DNA of 29,991 nucleotides from a virus. Its lineage: Duplodnaviria > Caudoviricetes. The translations under genes and the position numbers were made by a program. Shown here in pieces: positions 26,601 to 29,991 of the stretch. A model generated the notes under the pieces. It was not told the origin of the DNA, did not search any database, and saw nothing but the letters and a program-made list of their open reading frames with translations. The DNA is taken from IMG/VR virus record IMGVR_UViG_3300033407_000091, positions 1-29,991 of that record; one strand, 5' to 3'. Positions within the stretch are counted from its first letter, which is position 1. Each line of letters opens with the position of its first letter.

Positions 26601-27914
26601 AAGACGGTCACGATTTTAGACAACGCGGCGCCCACTGAGCGTCCTGACGGAACGGCGCTTGTGAATGGCGACCAGTGGCGGGATACCGACGATGGCCGCA
26701 AGCCGTATTCGTGGAGCGGCACGCAGTGGTTCGCGGATTATACGATCATTGATGGAGGGAATATCGATGTATCGACGCGTATTACCGTGGGGACGGGGAA
26801 TAATGTCGGCGTCATTTCGGGAGCTGATGCGACGTACCGGATATGGGCCGGTCACGCCACGGCGGCAAGTGCGACGTTCAGAGTAACACAGACGGGCGTC
26901 CTCACGGCAACCGGGGCAACGATTACAGGCTCGATTACAGCTACGTCCGGGGCCATTGGAGGGTGGACGGTCGGGGCGACGACGATAACGGGTGGCGATG
27001 CGGTGCTTTTCAGCACCGGTGTTCTCGTACTCGGCACGGCGAACGACGTGGTGAAGCTGTCGGCAGCGGATGCCACCTACCGGCTCTGGGTTGGTAATGC
27101 CACGGCAGGGAGCGCTCCGTTCAGGGTGTCAAAGACGGGTGCGTTGACCACCACCGCATTGACGGCTACTGGTGGAACGATCGCCGGATGGGACATCACG
27201 AACGACGATATCTCGAAGAACAACCTCATTCTGGACAGCTCTGGGCTCATTATAGCAGGCACCGGGAATGACAAGGCCACCATCGACGCGACGAACGCGA
27301 CGTATAGGTTTTGGATTGGGAACGCGACGGCGGCGTCGGCGCCTTTTAGGGTGACCAATTCGGGGGCGCTTGTGGCAACCAGTGCGACAATTACGGGAGC
27401 AATTACGGCAACATCTGGCAGCCTGGAGGACTTGGATATTGACGGGACGCTCACGATGGGCGCTAGTGGCGCAATCACGAACAGCGGCGCGGATTATACG
27501 CTTGATATAAGCGGCCTGCGATTCGCTGCTACCGCTCTATTCGATGCCCAGCGGGCTATCCAATTTGGAAACGGTGCCGGGCGTATTTATGGCGACCTTT
27601 CGACGCTTTTCATTCAAAACGATCAAGGCGGCGCATCCACGGTATCAATTATTGGGAATGTCGGTGTAACAATTGCGGCTACCAATGTTGATCTCCAGGG
27701 CGCCACAACTATTAATAGTCAAACGGTATGGTATGCCGGTAACGATGGCGCCGGCTCGGGCCTGGATGCAGATAAGCTCGACTCGTTCGAAGCCTCGGTA
27801 TTCCATCGTAATACGGCTATTGCATCCGGCTCGTATTCGCCATCGTTTAGCCGCCGCTTTACGGTGATGATCGGCGGGACTGGATACTACATATTTGGAA
27901 CGCTCGCGGCGTAG
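23625..27914 (+). CDS. Large tail tip / central fibre protein
   Basis: 1429 aa after the tape measure. The Thr/Gly/Ala-rich C-terminal half has internal repeats and the GSGLDADKLD fibre motif. Confidence 0.8.
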   Translation: MSVPTSISAIDILTADRSAAIGSIGDIRDYVSGATVKGRLMQGEGLTVTLAAGVNTFDAIRELAYGQVLDISTWTNQYFISKVRRNYPDLGGLQIEARAYYERLKFSRCKRTYDETKRVDRVFTIYAQTPEEALDTIMDSAPSGFAAGSVTALATDQKTAKITLSLEDDTHWTAIEKLCGAIEAKTGVACEFTFTRNGDTYEVDLVQQVGISGNRSVKAGGGSVSSPSNRLNLQRITHGDDYFSRMSAVMGDEAENITLGRDFDGRPIHWNVQTATPGSPSAGRTTLTLSGEPVPYDDWGTGAGDDSPHYFGNDAEGFFAIGDSTYPNTIVLQTGTTEIEDGYFASDSQGTALDYIRASDVEGDYGIVEKKAPVQGAPVPNLIRRAGDSDDMETFVSGVPDGWVKILGATTVAQVTDERYAEIGTNSCQVQAAIGGGIRSGFYTVRGGLASCLVRVAVEAGEVQVLMRDEEGNTFPGPDEGQAISSSRALQSLAVGVWNTFEGTVAVEILATKPGTVFYVDAATLTPSNGSYDWQAVMGGRELWAEAGRILTLDGGVIWNELSGSSIDLSEVTGFTDFDAFELGALVTIQDGYNDSVHDVNFSTRVLEFEKSIVGSAYEARWTAERVRDDFIDYLRAGKPVRPRPVPQTPVTPRYPPRLSVEREDVADADGGGNPGVTFTLFPKTSKNEDLENWEIFVSVDGEAFSSLGTDEDSLVSDPDTAYFIGGGYASSLGTTAQPTYSVVYPPDDGSVKSVRFYVVARSTGLASEPVEYLVRNPEIAAGQITGTLISSQLGEAAQSYGKTFAFSSADADTVAWGAGVLTMASGAGFNINAGNTGDMVFGSIYFIYLDPDTSTTDLQVSTTNADAVGSRKVLLAVAQMSLVSASAFFQDAVGILSLTNEQLAVDSILAANIKANQIAAVHMTAASIETLHLAANAVTTDKLNFTPLISTSGTGSIVATINATAEGIRISAGLLEIDATTTFAPGFDPTTKTVTILDNAAPTERPDGTALVNGDQWRDTDDGRKPYSWSGTQWFADYTIIDGGNIDVSTRITVGTGNNVGVISGADATYRIWAGHATAASATFRVTQTGVLTATGATITGSITATSGAIGGWTVGATTITGGDAVLFSTGVLVLGTANDVVKLSAADATYRLWVGNATAGSAPFRVSKTGALTTTALTATGGTIAGWDITNDDISKNNLILDSSGLIIAGTGNDKATIDATNATYRFWIGNATAASAPFRVTNSGALVATSATITGAITATSGSLEDLDIDGTLTMGASGAITNSGADYTLDISGLRFAATALFDAQRAIQFGNGAGRIYGDLSTLFIQNDQGGASTVSIIGNVGVTIAATNVDLQGATTINSQTVWYAGNDGAGSGLDADKLDSFEASVFHRNTAIASGSYSPSFSRRFTVMIGGTGYYIFGTLAA
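26810..27420 (+). repeat. Three ~80-aa tandem protein repeats in the tail fibre
   Basis: ADATYRIWAGHATAASATFRVTQTG / ADATYRLWVGNATAGSAPFRVSKTG / TNATYRFWIGNATAASAPFRVTNSG. Confidence 0.85.
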
Positions 27915-27915
27915 A

Positions 27916-28281
27916 CTAGAATTCGCCAATGCTCGGACGCCGCCAATAACCATGAAGAGAGTAGACGCATTGATCGAGACTGCTCGCCGACAAATAAAGC
28001 GAGTCGCCGACGACGGTGAAGCCGTAGGACGCGTTCTCGGTCGAGCACGGGCCGCTTATGAGCGTGACGATCGAGTCTCCGCGCGTCTCCGCGATGCCAC
28101 TAAAGCCCGCGGTAGAACCCGTGTAACCGTAATACTGCCCGTCGATGTCAAAACCAATTTGTTCAGACCGGTCGTGGGGGCGCTCCCAATTTCCAGTAAG
28201 TTCGTCCGTAATGCGCTGGTCATGGCGAACTACCCCAGAACACGCACCGACAAAAAGGAGAATAAGTATAGAGAGTTTCAT
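27916..28281 (-). CDS. Lipoprotein (moron), 121 aa
   Basis: Signal peptide with lipobox MKLSILILLFVGA-C, followed by LTGNW (lipocalin-like GxW) and a Cys pair. Convergent with the tail gene. Confidence 0.7.
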   Translation of the reverse strand: MKLSILILLFVGACSGVVRHDQRITDELTGNWERPHDRSEQIGFDIDGQYYGYTGSTAGFSGIAETRGDSIVTLISGPCSTENASYGFTVVGDSLYLSASSLDQCVYSLHGYWRRPSIGEF

Positions 28282-28369
28282 AATTCCATCCGGTTGATTC
28301 CGAGTACGTAGATAATGTAACCACACACCGCCCCAACTGCATTCATAAACCCAACCCAAAACCTGAACC

Positions 28370-28447
28370 ATGCCAAAAATCCCAACAAGCGCCGACCTCC
28401 TGAAAGCTCGTCAGGCGGCTGTCGTTCGGCAGTCCGAGGCGAAGTAA
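28370..28447 (+). CDS. Possible 25-aa micro-ORF MPKIPTSADLLKARQAAVVRQSEAK
   Basis: A/C-rich leader; its TAA overlaps the ATG of the next gene (TAATG). Confidence 0.35.
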   Translation: MPKIPTSADLLKARQAAVVRQSEAK

Positions 28448-29028
28448 TGGCAAAAGCCGCGAAGAAAAAGCCGGGCAAAATCACACTATCCCTCGACGCT
28501 AAAGCGGTCATGGACGGGATCTCTCGTCTCGATCGTCTAAAGAGGCACATGAAGGGACGCCGTCGCCTTCAGATAGAGATGAATATACACGAGCTCAACC
28601 GGATTGCCGATCCTATTCGAAAGGCCGTCGAGGGCGTGTCGAAAGAGCGGGCGATCAAAGATCCGTCAGGCGAGCCGGTTCAGAACTTCATCCCGATCAG
28701 GAAAAACCCCGACATGCGGCTCGACTTCTCCCGATACGACGGGCAGTGGAAAGAGGGCGAATACGCCCCAGGGCGAATCGTGATGTTCTCGAACGCCTTC
28801 TACGAGGCCGAGGACGTGACGAGCGAAAGGCCTCCGTCTGATACGTGGGCACATATCGGAGATGGGGGGAACGGGCATTTTCTCGAGGATCCTGTCGCGT
28901 GGCGGAAAGAGGTTCAGGAAATCGAATTGGAGACACACGACATGGAGCTTTACACCATACCGGCCTCGCTCTACGACGAGCATGACATTGACGAGTGCTG
29001 GCTGGAGATAACGGATATGGGGGAATAG
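28447..29028 (+). CDS. Hypothetical protein with CBM5/12-like segment
   Basis: WKEGEYAPGRIVMFSNAFYEA...PPSDTW resembles ChtBD3/CBM5/12 aromatic spacing. Confidence 0.6.
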   Translation: MAKAAKKKPGKITLSLDAKAVMDGISRLDRLKRHMKGRRRLQIEMNIHELNRIADPIRKAVEGVSKERAIKDPSGEPVQNFIPIRKNPDMRLDFSRYDGQWKEGEYAPGRIVMFSNAFYEAEDVTSERPPSDTWAHIGDGGNGHFLEDPVAWRKEVQEIELETHDMELYTIPASLYDEHDIDECWLEITDMGE

Positions 29029-29033
29029 AATCC

Positions 29034-29991
29034 ATGATAAGCGTATTCACACCCGTCCATCCGAGTAGCGCGGTCCACCTCCCCGAGGCGGTCAAGTCGA
29101 TGCGCGAGCAGTCTCGCGACGACATGGAATGGGTGCTCCTCTATAACGGAGGCGCGGAGCCTATCGGCACGGGGTTTCGAGAGATCGTTCTACCTGAGCG
29201 CCATCCTGCACAGGGCAGCGTCGGCGCGCTAAAGAAATACGCCTGCTCGGAAGCGAAAGGAGATATCTTGGTCGAGCTCGACGCAGACGACATTTTAACA
29301 CAGGACGCACTCGAGAAGATCGAGACGACTTTTTCCGATCCGTCCATTCAATTCGCCTACTCCAACTGTGCGGAGTTTCGCAGCGGTACGTGGGAGCCGC
29401 GCGTTTTCTCCGAGTACTGGGGATGGACGGACCGGCCTTTCGAGTGGGATGGAAAGGCGCTCCGGGAGCAAGTCGCATTTAGTCCGGGCCCTAACTCTTG
29501 GCGACGGATCGAGTGGGCCCCGAACCACGTCAGGGCGTGGAGAAGATCGGCTTACGACGCACTCGGCGGACACGACGAGAAGTTGAAAGTCGGCGACGAT
29601 CACGACCTCGTTTGTAGGACAGCTGTCCGGTACGGGTTCTCCTCTGTAAAGCACATCGACGAGTGCCTGTATCTCTATCGGCTGCACGAGAATAACACGT
29701 GCTATTCGAAGAAGGGGAACCGGGCTGTTCAGGATCAGACTTCGGTGAACTACCAGGTCTATTACGAGCCCATGGCGATGCGGTGGGCTCGGGATAACGG
29801 GCTCCTGTGCCTCGACCTTGGCGGGGGCATCGACGGCCGGCCGGGTTACGTGACGGTAGACCAGCGCGGCGGACAGATCGAGGCGGATCTCACGAAGCGT
29901 TGGCCGTTTGCGGATTCGTCCGTCGGTGTGCTCAGGGCATCGCACTTGCTCGAGCATCTACCCGACCCGATCCACTCGATGAACGAGGCGT
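29034..29991 (+). CDS. GT2 glycosyltransferase fused to class I SAM methyltransferase (3'-truncated; not in the ORF track)
   Basis: Hand translation from ATG 29034: MISVFTPVH...AKGDILVELDADD...LGGHDEKLKVGDDHDL...LYLYRLH (GT2), then LDLGGG...WPFADSSV...SHLLEHL (methyltransferase). Open to the window end. Confidence 0.85.
   Translation, partial: MISVFTPVHPSSAVHLPEAVKSMREQSRDDMEWVLLYNGGAEPIGTGFREIVLPERHPAQGSVGALKKYACSEAKGDILVELDADDILTQDALEKIETTFSDPSIQFAYSNCAEFRSGTWEPRVFSEYWGWTDRPFEWDGKALREQVAFSPGPNSWRRIEWAPNHVRAWRRSAYDALGGHDEKLKVGDDHDLVCRTAVRYGFSSVKHIDECLYLYRLHENNTCYSKKGNRAVQDQTSVNYQVYYEPMAMRWARDNGLLCLDLGGGIDGRPGYVTVDQRGGQIEADLTKRWPFADSSVGVLRASHLLEHLPDPIHSMNEA

Noticed and set aside
23625-28446. 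Diversity-generating retroelement or invertible fibre cassette
   Set aside because: No reverse transcriptase, recombinase, TR/VR pair or inverted crossover sites were seen in the window.
1-29991. tRNA/rRNA genes, integrase, transposase, lysis cassette
   Set aside because: None was recognisable; they may lie outside the window.

Overview
This is a ~30 kb, GC-rich, almost entirely + strand segment of a tailed (siphovirus-like) phage or prophage. The structural genes run terminase small/large, portal, minor head protein, scaffold, head decoration protein, major capsid, neck proteins, tail tube, chaperone, tape measure and a 1429-aa tail tip/fibre protein. A ~9.7 kb accessory insert splits the head module. 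It carries an HNH nuclease, small ORFs, a 7-gene glycan-modification cluster and, most strikingly, a compact CRISPR-like locus. That locus has its own sigma70-like promoter, a stand-alone Cas7/RAMP-like gene, a translationally coupled partner gene and two non-coding arrays flanking an unannotated ribbon-helix-helix gene. The arrays are built from strictly phased G(G)Y-NN pentamers cut into units by a GGCA delimiter. The variable NN dinucleotides read like codon positions 1+2 of protein-coding sequence, which suggests a gapped, wobble-skipping guide code. From memory this resembles the recently reported phage VIPR systems; I could not verify that here. The window ends with a reverse-strand lipoprotein, a CBM-like protein and a truncated GT2-methyltransferase fusion. 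All product calls come from motifs and synteny read by eye; no searches were run.
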